Shown: positions 40,101 to 49,800 of the stretch, one piece after another | Layout: every line of letters starts with the position of its first letter | How positions within the stretch are numbered: the stretch's first letter is position 1 | Virus record (IMG/VR): IMGVR_UViG_3300046804_004458 | Coordinates: 15,660 to 79,659 of that record | Origin: a virus | Strand: one strand, 5' to 3' | Length of the DNA stretch: 64,000 nucleotides | The notes under the pieces: generated by a model | What the model was told of the DNA's origin: nothing | What the model saw: the letters and a program-made list of their open reading frames with translations, nothing else | The model's database searches: none | Made by a program: the position numbers and the translations under genes

Positions 40101-40513
40101 GTACCAGGGTATCTTTTACCAGAAGGATCAAGATGTTCATATTGGTAAGTCCTATATGCTTTTTGCTTTTCTCTTGTTCCTACCCAACTTGGTATACCAC
40201 CCCATGGATCTTTACCAGTTATACCTGATACAGAGCTGGGCATTGATTGTGACCTAGCCATCATATCTGCCTGTATAGCAGCAGCTCTGTTATAATCAAA
40301 ACCAGTCTGTTGTGCAACTTGTCTTTGTACATCTTGATTTCTGTTCCAATCCCTCACATACTGACCAGGTACCTGAGATAAAGCAGCTTGGTATTTATTC
40401 CAACTTTCTCTTTCTGCAGGTGTAACTGGAGCATAGGGCATAAATGTAGTTGGGGGATTAGAGTATCCCCCTCCCTGCATTTTTGGCACTGCTTTTATTT
40501 TTATCTTGGCCAT
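37160..40513 (-). CDS. virion cargo-like protein with xxGG-delimited modules and a C-terminal lysozyme-like domain
   Basis: NAEKQE...GKPHTQGG...FVYSD; Q/A-rich helix; NNPGNIQY...FAAFPDLDTGIKA. Confidence 0.75.
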   Translation of the reverse strand: MAKIKIKAVPKMQGGGYSNPPTTFMPYAPVTPAERESWNKYQAALSQVPGQYVRDWNRNQDVQRQVAQQTGFDYNRAAAIQADMMARSQSMPSSVSGITGKDPWGGIPSWVGTREKQKAYRTYQYEHLDPSGKRYPGTAGFMSTGTEPLTQQQMEEHWKTAYPTATTSTPTTVPATTTQTTPVLTGLAATGFPTREEAIGKYKERKASGQELPSNYFAGTRKQTGDPIGKIRSTGEETYKYGGMKKKIRIKSMPTNTLVDNIRMGAGEGETPMMWAGGYASKGPSHGYGNQQVGQGYALDRFWSSPTGYPGGTAKVSPYHTTGKTLPEAKEGGDINAEKQEQVLGDFDQDGSMELMNVNGKPHTQGGKDINVPSNSFVYSDTKALKIKDAKVLAMFGMKPKRGGYTPAEIAKKYDLNKFKKVLSDPNADQGSKTTAQLMTDNYLAKLDKLAQVQEGIKKHMGMDHHDPNAPKEAEYGGQLPEAQYGIRTGNIHGVRDWFVGDTQEQDNQQANMQVAQTVPPPYGMYKSAEEHKTGEPLSQEDVAFFTRAALHDPLKYAQLYGQGRVGAGLPGQGRADLWGPGYRNIKMGMEQDLAVDKQVQPLPTSGPNLMPASPGTITPSSVSTDLVTSTISKDKKGDRKKRNWNFGNFQVDPNVLGDIFNLMQMGQVKKFEPYEPVPQAVIPQVVFADPTRAIAAQQESARTAMEMAAQGNQRAARATALGIQGEAGKQAADVIAQYNAQNVAIANAANAQAAQITNELMAKQANRLAELNKANFLSDRDYQREMGRLQAEYVDRMQKHHDTAVKTAWLNKTSPYFDIDPYGFPRFKTGMESKYFADLQKQDPTLLARVKEYKKEFPDAKLGDLINLAKGISPKASDEATTSMYGGNVMRYGGSHMALPSMAPAYQHNAERLPHYQIGGEFIGLPSMPDVQLPAVDNTYYQQPLSSQYTQEEMSFSKKKPLSGVETKRMSKTDIATATNNPGNIQYIPLFSKLFGAVDSGIKKKDGGTFAAFPDLDTGIKAYQTQLFGDTDGIMPSRYYKADTPVDKALKKWSNEGYGSEIYPEIKNKTLGQLTKAERRELAKRQFKHESGDMYRLLEQRGVFKYGGKALQKFMK

Positions 40514-40536
40514 TGTACTGGTTTGTCACTATTAAA

Positions 40537-42738
40537 TTACATCATTTCTACCTCATATCCTAACTTTCGTAATCTTGCTATTTCAGCATCATCTACTTCA
40601 TGCACACTACCAGGTACATACCCACCTGCAGCATAAGCAGTATCCCTCATAGGCATACCACCCATCATAAAAGTGCCACCATATTTACCCATAGTAGAAG
40701 GAAAATAACCTGGTTTTGCAAAGCCATAACTATCTGGCCGAAATACACCTTGTTGTGTATAATCACCATGCCCACCCGGCTGATTAACTTTAGCAAATAC
40801 ATTTTCAGAAAGTCCTCTTTGTGTAGCTGCCTTTCTGTCTCTTTCTGCATCCTTAAAACTTTGTAAATAAGAAGCAGTACCTAAAGCACCCATACCTGCA
40901 CCAAGTATAGCTTGTCCCCAGTTAAGCCCTTTTTGGAATCTACCTTGTTTTTTAGCAAGTTCCTTTTGTCTCTCTACCTCATCATAGTGTGCCTGAGTAG
41001 TATCACCTGTAGTAGGATCATAAGCTTGAACAGACCCTTTTCCAAACTTAATATTTTCCTGAGCTTGTTTATCTGTCATTCCTTTTCTCCAGTCAACAAC
41101 AGGCACATCTGGAGTGTCTAATACACCAGTTACATCTGTTTGTGGATTAGGAGTAAGATCATTGGGATCTTCTACAGGTGCAGTAACAGGGGCACTAACT
41201 GGAGTAGTAGGCATTATTGTAGGATCTTCTTCATAATCACCGGGACCAAACTTACCACCAGGTAAGTAGTAACCTCCATAAGCCATAAACTTAGCCAAAG
41301 GATGGTAAGGATTTACATATCCACCATATGCTTCAAAACTAGGAAATTGTCCTCCCTGCATCATATGTTGTTGTACCTCTGGGTTATGTTGTAAATAGTT
41401 CTCAACACTGTTAAGGTAATCATTAGCCAGAGTCATCTTACTAGCTACCCATGGTTCTACATATGTATCTTGGCCTAATACCTTACTAAGCTCACCTATC
41501 TTATGCTGCATCTGATTCATCTGCCCAATAGCCATATTAGCATATTCATTAGTCTGACCACCATCCTGCATCATAGCTGTACCACCATATTCCCTGTTCT
41601 TTGCCATAGCCCTAAAAGTCTTAGCAAGATTGTATCTCCTAGAACCGGGAGGGCATGATGAGCTACCAAATTTAGAACCTGTACAAACACCTTCTGTACC
41701 TCTTCTTTTTATAGAAGCAGTTACACTTTGGATCCATTTACCACCTTTTTTCATTTCAGGTGTGTATTCCTCTGAATCAAAATCACCACCCTGCTCATAC
41801 ATTCCACCTGGCATATAGGTGTATCTATCAGGAGTTACCATACCACCTGTTTGCATGTTGCTCATTATCTTCTGCTGTACTGATGCAGGTAAAGCTCTAA
41901 AGCCTGGGTTGTCTGGCATAGCAGGTCCACCAAACTCATGCTTCCACTTAGCAGCATTCCTAGCAAAGTTAGCTTTCTTCACCATAGCAGGTGAGTAGTT
42001 CTCTTTGTGTGCAAGAACCTGGGAAGCAAATGCTTGGACACTTTTACCGTGTTTTGAAGCTGCAGCAGTAAAGGTTCCTCTTTTTGAGGGCTTAATGTAG
42101 ATGCCCCCTTTTTTCATTTCAACAGGTAAATCTTGTAACATTCCACCCCCTGTGCCTGGGCCAGGATTCATTGCAAATGGATGCACAAGTTCTGCTCCAG
42201 GTATCTGGCCACCAAATTTTAAATGGGTAGGCAAGTCCTGAAGCATTCCTCCCCCCTTACCTGTACCTGGGTACATAGCAAAAGGATCAACTATCTCTGC
42301 ACCTGGAGTTATACCACCAAATGCCATATGTGTAGGAAGATCCTGAAGATAACCACTACCTCTACCTGTTCCAGGTGCCATAGCAAAGGGAGTAGGGTAT
42401 TCATTGTTAGTCACATTAAAAGATGATGAAGGGTACCCTCCTCCTTTAAAAATAGGAGCAGAGCCACCTGGCATAAAAGTAGGGCCACCCATCTTGGAGT
42501 AGCTACCACCGTTAGCAAAATAAACACCATTAGCATAAGTACCTGAGTCACCGGCAGTAGATACCCATTTTTCTCCATTCCAGTAAGAACCAGAATGACC
42601 AGAAGCAGCTCCTCCCATTTTCATTGTTTGATTACCTTTCATATGAGGATACGCTGCAAAGAAATCCTTCTCAGAGGGGTACTTTTGGTAAAACTCCTCT
42701 TCGGTATTACAGCCGGCCATTTTCATGAACTTATGCAT
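40537..42738 (-). CDS. Gly/Met-rich modular protein with about 20 [MFY]xxGG motifs
   Basis: MKMGG, FANGG, MAFGG, MKKGG (twice), HEFGG, MQTGG, YEQGG, REYGG, MQDGG, MAYGG, YAAGG and others. Confidence 0.8.
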   Translation of the reverse strand: MHKFMKMAGCNTEEEFYQKYPSEKDFFAAYPHMKGNQTMKMGGAASGHSGSYWNGEKWVSTAGDSGTYANGVYFANGGSYSKMGGPTFMPGGSAPIFKGGGYPSSSFNVTNNEYPTPFAMAPGTGRGSGYLQDLPTHMAFGGITPGAEIVDPFAMYPGTGKGGGMLQDLPTHLKFGGQIPGAELVHPFAMNPGPGTGGGMLQDLPVEMKKGGIYIKPSKRGTFTAAASKHGKSVQAFASQVLAHKENYSPAMVKKANFARNAAKWKHEFGGPAMPDNPGFRALPASVQQKIMSNMQTGGMVTPDRYTYMPGGMYEQGGDFDSEEYTPEMKKGGKWIQSVTASIKRRGTEGVCTGSKFGSSSCPPGSRRYNLAKTFRAMAKNREYGGTAMMQDGGQTNEYANMAIGQMNQMQHKIGELSKVLGQDTYVEPWVASKMTLANDYLNSVENYLQHNPEVQQHMMQGGQFPSFEAYGGYVNPYHPLAKFMAYGGYYLPGGKFGPGDYEEDPTIMPTTPVSAPVTAPVEDPNDLTPNPQTDVTGVLDTPDVPVVDWRKGMTDKQAQENIKFGKGSVQAYDPTTGDTTQAHYDEVERQKELAKKQGRFQKGLNWGQAILGAGMGALGTASYLQSFKDAERDRKAATQRGLSENVFAKVNQPGGHGDYTQQGVFRPDSYGFAKPGYFPSTMGKYGGTFMMGGMPMRDTAYAAGGYVPGSVHEVDDAEIARLRKLGYEVEMM
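42103..42390 (-). repeat. three coding tandem repeats with a 105-nt period (PFAMxPGxGxGxGxLQDLPxxxxxGG)
   Basis: PFAM codons start at 42390, 42285 and 42180. Confidence 0.9.
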
Positions 42739-42794
42739 TGTGTATTGTTTTAGTATTATCTATAATAAATTTACTCAATTTCCGTGACTTTTCC

Positions 42795-45700
42795 TTATTT
42801 ATATTTGGACAACCAACCACCGTACTTTTTACTCTCTTTTTGAGATTTTGCAATTGCTGTAACAGTTGCACCTATTCCTATTTTGTTTAAAGATTTTAAT
42901 AAATCTGACATGTTGTAATCATCAACTTTGGTACCACGAAGATAATCATGTCCTCCATTTTGATATTGTTGTATTGATCCTCCGTATTTGTTCTCATTTA
43001 ATGATGCTGCTCCTGCTGCTATTCCAACAGGTGTATACATCTTATTCATTACCTCTACCAACTTCTTCTTATCTACATTCTTTATTAGTTGTAGCATTGT
43101 GGGGTCTTCTCCGTTCATAAACTTGTTAGTGCCTAACATACTTTGCAATTTATCTATATCAGTTTCTGATACTTTTGCATATGGATTCTTAGGGTTTAAA
43201 ACAGACCTCATCTCATCTATTCGTGCCATCACCTCTGTAGGAGTTTTTATGTAGTTAGAGGCATTATTATTATCCTTGAACACAGAGCTTAGTAACTGCC
43301 TTTCTTTCTCCGTAAATGACCCTGCAGCATAGGTTTTACCATGCCCCATTGCTTCATGGACTGTTACATTGTATAAGTCCCCGTAATTAGGCGCACCTAC
43401 TGATATACTTTCCCCTGTTCCAGTTTCCATATTAGGTCCATAATACATTCCCCGTTTACTATCTGCATTATAGTCTATACTGGCATCTTTTCTAAGATGT
43501 TGTACAGATGTTCTTTCAGGTACAGGGTTTATTCTATTAACGAATGGTTTAAATTTATTAGATTGCCAATGAGGTACATCTGAGACATTATATTGATATA
43601 TATCTTGAAAAGTATTCATTAATTGATTATCATCCATTGCCAATATTTCTTTCTGTGACCAGTCAGCAGGAACAATTCCTTTTTCTACATCACTTCTTAT
43701 TTTCTTAGCAATATCTAATTTATCTGCTTCTATAGAAGGAGTCATACTTTTCATAGCAGCATACCTTTTCTTATATTCAGGAGAAGATAAAGCCCTATCT
43801 GCAAATTGAAATGCATCATCTACAGTTCTATCTGTTAGAAATTTATGCCTGCTATCCTTATTCATGAATAACATCTTCACTTTCTCTTTATTGGTAACAG
43901 GCGGTTTATATCCAAAATTGATAGCTGCCCCCATTTCTGGAGTAGATTGGTACCCAGTTCTAGGATTAACACCAAAGCTCTGTAGTATCTGTTGCTCCTT
44001 ATTCAGTTGTGGCACCTCTGTTATAGTAGGCATTGGTGTGTTACCTGGAGTATTGCCTATTATCCCCATTGGGAATCCTCCTCCTGAGCCACCGGGCACA
44101 TCTACTTGCTGATAACCCTTTAGCCAATGAGGTTGACCTTTATATACATTAACAGCTTCTATAGGTATTTCATTTATTACTTGTCCTTGTTCATTTATAG
44201 GTCTATGGGCAAAATGCCTACCTCTTTTTACTACTTTACCTGTTACAGGGTTTATCTCTCCCGGCCCCACCATAGGATGTTGACTCTCATATATATACCC
44301 ATTACCTTCTTTAGGTAGATAGTCTTTATGAACTTTCCCTTTAGCAAATGAGGGAAACGCTGTTGGTCTCCTTACTTCCTTACCATTCAGAAATATTCCT
44401 ACAGATGCTCCTTCTGGATTAGACCTTATCACTCTATTTTGTATAGCATCCAGATAGGCATTCTCATCTACAGCCCTATAATATGCATTTGGATTATTCA
44501 GCTTATTAGCCCATGGGTTTATCTTGTATGCATTTTTAGCAAGAGGTTTCAATGCCTTACCTGCCATACCTGCACCACTCATCAGCATCTCTGCATTCAT
44601 GAACTTCTCTGCCAGTTCACTACCAGGTGCCATCTTCTGTGCGAATTCCCTGTTAGCCCTTTCCTCTGCCTCTTGTTGATACATTTTACTCCTCAGGTAC
44701 TCATGGTCTCTCTGTTGTTGTGGTGTACTATACCCCTGTGCTGGCCCTATATACTGTTGTGGGTGTTCCATAGCCCATTGTTCACCTATAGAGTATTGTG
44801 GTATAGGTTGAGGCATTTGAGTAGTAGTTCTGGTAGCTGGTTTATTAGCTCCTTTTGTGTATCCTATTCCTCCACCTTCCTTATACTGAGGTATATTCAT
44901 ACTAGTCTTAGTACGAAATCCTGCTGGTGTATATTGTCCACCTTGTACATCAGGACTATACCAGTCTGTACTCTCTGTTATGTATGGGTTGGGTATATCT
45001 CTTGGTGTATATTGTGTTCCTGTTGGTAGTTCTTGTAAGGTATATGGAAGTTGTTGTATTTGCTCCCCATAGATATACGGTTGTACTGGTTTTTTATAAA
45101 CAGGACTCCAAGCCACACCATCATAATAGGACTCCATAGGCTTTATAGTTCTGTGCCATAAATCTGGGCTCGAGTGTTTCCCTATCCTATAGTCACTATT
45201 TATTGGTAGACTTTTATAATAATTTATTATCTTGTTATCATTGATAACAGGATCTATAGGGTCATATGTTTTATCTAATTCTATATGTGAAAAGGCATTA
45301 TTGTCATTCTTCTTATCTCTGTTCCCTATATTCTTTTTCCAAGTTTCATACAAACCACGACTTTTCAAGTACTCTATATCATCTGGATTTTTTATGGTAT
45401 TACGCCTTTGATAATCATAGGCATTGTAGAGATTCAGACTATCCTGATATGCTCTGACTTTACTTTTATCAGATGTATAGATAGGTTTCCTACCTGCTTT
45501 ACCACCATCTTGATACTGCCCTAACCACCCACCATATTCTTTTTTCTCAGCAGCTCTGATCTTTTTTTCTTGTTGCAGCATCTCCTTGGTAGGCTCTTTA
45601 CCTGAACCAGCATTAGCCCTGATGTTATCCCACAATCCTCTTTGGGAGTAAGAACCATCTGCTCTTTTTATCATGCCACCATGTTCCATTTCTACCGGCC

Positions 45701-46313
45701 CACCATATTCCCAGGTGCCAAATTTCTTATGCCAGTACAAGGGGCTAAATGGGTCAGTTGCTTTTGCTGAATCCCTACCACCCATTCTGCTCCAGAAGTT
45801 CTTTCTTCTTTGTTCAGAGTGGTGTTGTTTAAAATCCTGCATACCTCTGTAACCACCTTGTACTACTTTGTAACTGTCACCTTTTTTGGCAAGTACTTTC
45901 CATTTGTGCTGGCCATCACCTTGTTTCTTTTGCCCTACATGGGTAAAGCCCATGTTCTTGTATCTTTGAGGTATACCACCATTTTTCATTTCTTCTACAT
46001 AACCACCCTCCTCAAATAAAGGCATAGAAAAGTTAGAATGTTCAGCAGGTGAGTACTTAGCAATACCGGTATAATCTACAGTCACCTGCTTAGGTAAATT
46101 TTGCAATGGAAACTCCATAACAACAGATCCTGGGAAGGTATACTCTCCACCAGGTAGCATAAGCTTTTTGTTGCCATAGTTATCAATGCCAAGCAAAGGA
46201 TGATCAACCTCATTCATGGTTATATTACCAGATGGAATGATGTTAAAAGAATTAAACCTATCAGGTGAATCAGCTTTGTACCCCTGAGTACTGTATTTTT
46301 TAAGCCAGCTCAT
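42795..46313 (-). CDS. modular polyvalent protein with xxGG linkers, including a zincin-like HExxxH module
   Basis: FEEGG, MKNGG, WEYGG, MEHGG, KEYGG, YQDGG, YKEGG, NKYGG, YQNGG, KKYGG; VHEAMGHG...PTEVMAR. Confidence 0.8.
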   Translation of the reverse strand: MSWLKKYSTQGYKADSPDRFNSFNIIPSGNITMNEVDHPLLGIDNYGNKKLMLPGGEYTFPGSVVMEFPLQNLPKQVTVDYTGIAKYSPAEHSNFSMPLFEEGGYVEEMKNGGIPQRYKNMGFTHVGQKKQGDGQHKWKVLAKKGDSYKVVQGGYRGMQDFKQHHSEQRRKNFWSRMGGRDSAKATDPFSPLYWHKKFGTWEYGGPVEMEHGGMIKRADGSYSQRGLWDNIRANAGSGKEPTKEMLQQEKKIRAAEKKEYGGWLGQYQDGGKAGRKPIYTSDKSKVRAYQDSLNLYNAYDYQRRNTIKNPDDIEYLKSRGLYETWKKNIGNRDKKNDNNAFSHIELDKTYDPIDPVINDNKIINYYKSLPINSDYRIGKHSSPDLWHRTIKPMESYYDGVAWSPVYKKPVQPYIYGEQIQQLPYTLQELPTGTQYTPRDIPNPYITESTDWYSPDVQGGQYTPAGFRTKTSMNIPQYKEGGGIGYTKGANKPATRTTTQMPQPIPQYSIGEQWAMEHPQQYIGPAQGYSTPQQQRDHEYLRSKMYQQEAEERANREFAQKMAPGSELAEKFMNAEMLMSGAGMAGKALKPLAKNAYKINPWANKLNNPNAYYRAVDENAYLDAIQNRVIRSNPEGASVGIFLNGKEVRRPTAFPSFAKGKVHKDYLPKEGNGYIYESQHPMVGPGEINPVTGKVVKRGRHFAHRPINEQGQVINEIPIEAVNVYKGQPHWLKGYQQVDVPGGSGGGFPMGIIGNTPGNTPMPTITEVPQLNKEQQILQSFGVNPRTGYQSTPEMGAAINFGYKPPVTNKEKVKMLFMNKDSRHKFLTDRTVDDAFQFADRALSSPEYKKRYAAMKSMTPSIEADKLDIAKKIRSDVEKGIVPADWSQKEILAMDDNQLMNTFQDIYQYNVSDVPHWQSNKFKPFVNRINPVPERTSVQHLRKDASIDYNADSKRGMYYGPNMETGTGESISVGAPNYGDLYNVTVHEAMGHGKTYAAGSFTEKERQLLSSVFKDNNNASNYIKTPTEVMARIDEMRSVLNPKNPYAKVSETDIDKLQSMLGTNKFMNGEDPTMLQLIKNVDKKKLVEVMNKMYTPVGIAAGAASLNENKYGGSIQQYQNGGHDYLRGTKVDDYNMSDLLKSLNKIGIGATVTAIAKSQKESKKYGGWLSKYK

Positions 46314-46319
46314 TACTCA

Positions 46320-46757
46320 CTATTTAAACGTATTAAAGTATTTTGCTTTTGCAAATGAGCCTTGTAGTTCAGAAGCCAAATTAGTCAGCTGCTCAAGATG
46401 CCTCTGTTGTCCATAATCACAAAGAGCTACTGTAAACTGAAAACCTTCTTCAAGAAATTTAGCAACTGCTTCTTCACTAAATGGTTCCACTGTCTCACTG
46501 GTAAGTCCACTAAATCTTTTAGGAGCTTGTATACCCAGCAGGTACTCAGAGATAGCATCTTTACTATCTACAAGATCCTTGTACAAAGTATCCAGCATAT
46601 TGTGCTGTGCAAAACTGGTAGTTTGCAAATGATAAAAATGAGCTTTGCTGTGCATGTTGAACAGCTTGCTTATTATACTGTCAGGAGTCATTCCTGATGT
46701 CATGCCCATGCTCATTGGTATTGTGGACATTGGAGAAATTGGTTTTTTTAAGTTCAT
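46320..46757 (-). CDS. ferritin/Dps-like four-helix protein (DUF5856-like)
   Basis: AHFYHLQTTSFAQHNMLDTLYKDL..D...E...G...NLASEL.....KAKY. Confidence 0.75.
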   Translation of the reverse strand: MNLKKPISPMSTIPMSMGMTSGMTPDSIISKLFNMHSKAHFYHLQTTSFAQHNMLDTLYKDLVDSKDAISEYLLGIQAPKRFSGLTSETVEPFSEEAVAKFLEEGFQFTVALCDYGQQRHLEQLTNLASELQGSFAKAKYFNTFK

Positions 46758-46775
46758 TTTGTATTTGTTTTATTT

Positions 46776-46886
46776 TTAGTTTTCTATTAGTTCTTCATCA
46801 GTTAATAATAAATTTGCCGTTATCAACACTACCTCCTCCACAGTGATCATATCCGGCCTATATATATGCACACATATTTCTATCAT
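46776..46886 (-). CDS. small ORF (36 aa, MIEICVHIYRPDMITVEEVVLITANLLLTDEELIEN)
   Basis: ATGA overlap with the upstream stop; fills the gap. Confidence 0.4.
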   Translation of the reverse strand: MIEICVHIYRPDMITVEEVVLITANLLLTDEELIEN

Positions 46887-49800
46887 CTTGCTGAGTATTG
46901 ATTTTTTGTGGAAGCATACCTGATTGTCAGGCTATTCTTACCAAGTTTTGTCTTTCTCATAAAGATACGTGTTCCTGTATATCTTACTCTCTTTTGTTGG
47001 TTCCATGGTTTTAATAAATTAAAATAGGGGGTGTTTGTACTAAAAGTATAACCATTTGAATTAGTAGTCAACATCGGTGTATTGGCCAGTGAAAACTGCC
47101 CCCTATCTGCTGTATAGTCATAAAAGTCATTTACCCGGTATTTATTCTCTACCTTCTGGTAAAGAATCTGTCTTGTTGGGCCTAACCAGTTAGGGTAGTT
47201 TAAAGCAGCATATGGATTATCCCATGGTTTAAGAAGCATATTTTGCAAAGTGCTGTTTTGCTCTTTGTTATACACCATAAAATAATCAAAGGACTGATCA
47301 TAGTTTAAAAACTTATCCACTCCATTAGGAGCATATTGATAACTTTCTAACAACCATTCTATATTTTGTAGAATAGTTTCAGTTACTTGGGTATTAGTAA
47401 AATATTCTATCTCTACAGGGTAGTCTATTCCATAAAAATTAGCAAATGATTGTAAGCTTGTATTATGTCTCCACAACCTTCCAGACAAACCATTTGATGT
47501 AAAAAAGCCTAACTTTGATGGTACTACATGAGAAGGATGCCAATCATGCCAACTAATAAATCTTCTACTATTACAGTCATAAGAAAGAGTCCAACTTGCA
47601 TTTTCAAAATAAGCCGGATCACCAATATTTAATTTTATAGATACACCTGTTACTGTATCTCTATAAACAAATGTATTATTTACAAGAGTTACAAGAGATG
47701 GATTAATTACCTTATAATCTTTTTTACATATGTAAAGAATCTCATGAACAGGGTCATATACTAATTGGCAACCTACTCCTGCTACTGGATTATCTTTTAA
47801 AGAAAAAGATGGATATTGCTGAACCAGTTGTGATGGCAGGTAATTGATCAAGTGGTAGTTTATACCGCACTCTACACCAAGATCAGCTATTTGACCTCCT
47901 TTAAGATTAAATATTTTTCCAGTGTCTTGTGATACCCAAAAGGCACCATGTTTTGTATTTATTACCCCCTGCCTGCTTTGACAAGATGCATACTCATAAG
48001 CATCATCAATGTTATTGAGTGACTGCAAAGTTTGACTAAACAACAATCCAGTTCCTACTGTATATTCTGTAGCACTTTTTGATGGTATAGTTTCTACCCC
48101 GGCAAACATTACTGGGGAGCTATTTTCCATAAGAAATAAAGCTCCTGTTTTATGCAGGTCCTTAATTACATAAACCCTGTCATTAAAATCCTTGTAGTTA
48201 TTAGGTAAAAATATTCTCCAGTTATCCTGCATCTGCTCTTCTTCCTGTGGTAAAGAATATGCTACTCTACGTGGATAGTAAGAAAAACAGGTATATGCAA
48301 GAATAGGGTCATAGTCTCTTCTAAGACAACTGCCCCATGAAATAAACTGATTTATAAACTTTCCGGCAGACAAAGAGTAATCATACTTATAAAAAATATC
48401 ACTCTTTATAATATCAGCCCTAAACAAGTAGTCAGTATTTTGAAAACCATAGGGGTCATAAAACCTCTTTGATATCTCATCTTCCCAATCTCTGTACCCA
48501 ACATTTACAGAACTTTCTACAAAAAAGTCCCTTACACCATTGTTAAATAAATAAAAATAACCACTCTCTACATAGAATTTAGAGGTTAATATACTAAGAG
48601 GCCCAAAAGGCACTGTAGCAGTACTTGCTAACTCATCAAGGTGCCAGTTTTTAGATGCATATTGCCAAAAGTCGTAATAAATTTTACTATTATTTATCCA
48701 ATATCTTGGGTATGGGACATTCTCATAGTTAGTATAGTTATACTGAAAATCATCCGGAGTATTTACTAACCAGTCATTAAAGAACATAAATGGATTCTTT
48801 TCTGTATACCGGTTGATATAGGTATCCCCACCAAACAATACAGGGGATATAAATGGAGAAGCACTATATATATCTACTTGTTGTACACATCCTATTGGCA
48901 CCTGTTTAGTACTATCTATTTGTCCATACTGTGATAACTGTGGTACTTTATATGCAGCATACCATGACACAATAGAACTTTCAAAGGGCCCTAATGGGTC
49001 TCTGTCTCCTGGACCATACGGACTAGAAGGAGCTTGTGCTAATGTAAACCTGCTATGGTCAGGCCCAGGTACAGCAGAGCCAAATCCTGTTCCTAAACCT
49101 TGCCAAAAAACATTACTACCTGCAGCACCTCCTTTAGAATAAGGAAGAGGGAAATCAGGTATATTGTTATCAAGTTTTATTGCTACATAATTGTTTCTGT
49201 ATAAATTATTAATATCATACCCGGCAAAACTTTGTATATTACCTTTTATATATTGGTAATCATTTATCTGAAAACTAGCTTTTCTTGTAGCAACAGGTGT
49301 GTCGTAATATCCATGAGAGTTATACTGCCAAGCATATTGTTTTGCAGGTATAAGCCCATTAATAACATTCATTAGTTGTGCCTGTACTGTTTTTGTAGTA
49401 ATAGGAAACATAGCCAATGAGACAAGTGATGCAGCAGATGCAACAGTGTAGTATTCTATTAAAGCTACTGTAGAAGTACCAGCCACATTACCTTCTGGTA
49501 TACTATTATAACTAAAAGGAATAGTTAAAGGAACATCTTCAGTTGCGGCTAATCCAAAATTAGATCCTGAAACAGATTGTACAAGATTTGATAATGCCAC
49601 TAAAGAGCCAATCATTCCCGAAAAATACGAAGCAAGATCTGTTAAAAGTTTAAACTTAGGGTGTTTATAAGCCTGACAAAAAGAGCCCACTGACTTACCA
49701 GCAACTGCTTCTACAAGTTCTAAATCACCTATTCCCAAATAAGGAGAACTAAATACCGTATCAGGAGAGTGAAAAGAAATTACATCATCTTTTACTATGT

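Noticed and set aside
42103-42390. CRISPR-like array
   Set aside because: The repeats are in-frame, degenerate at synonymous positions and lack unique spacers. No cas genes are present.
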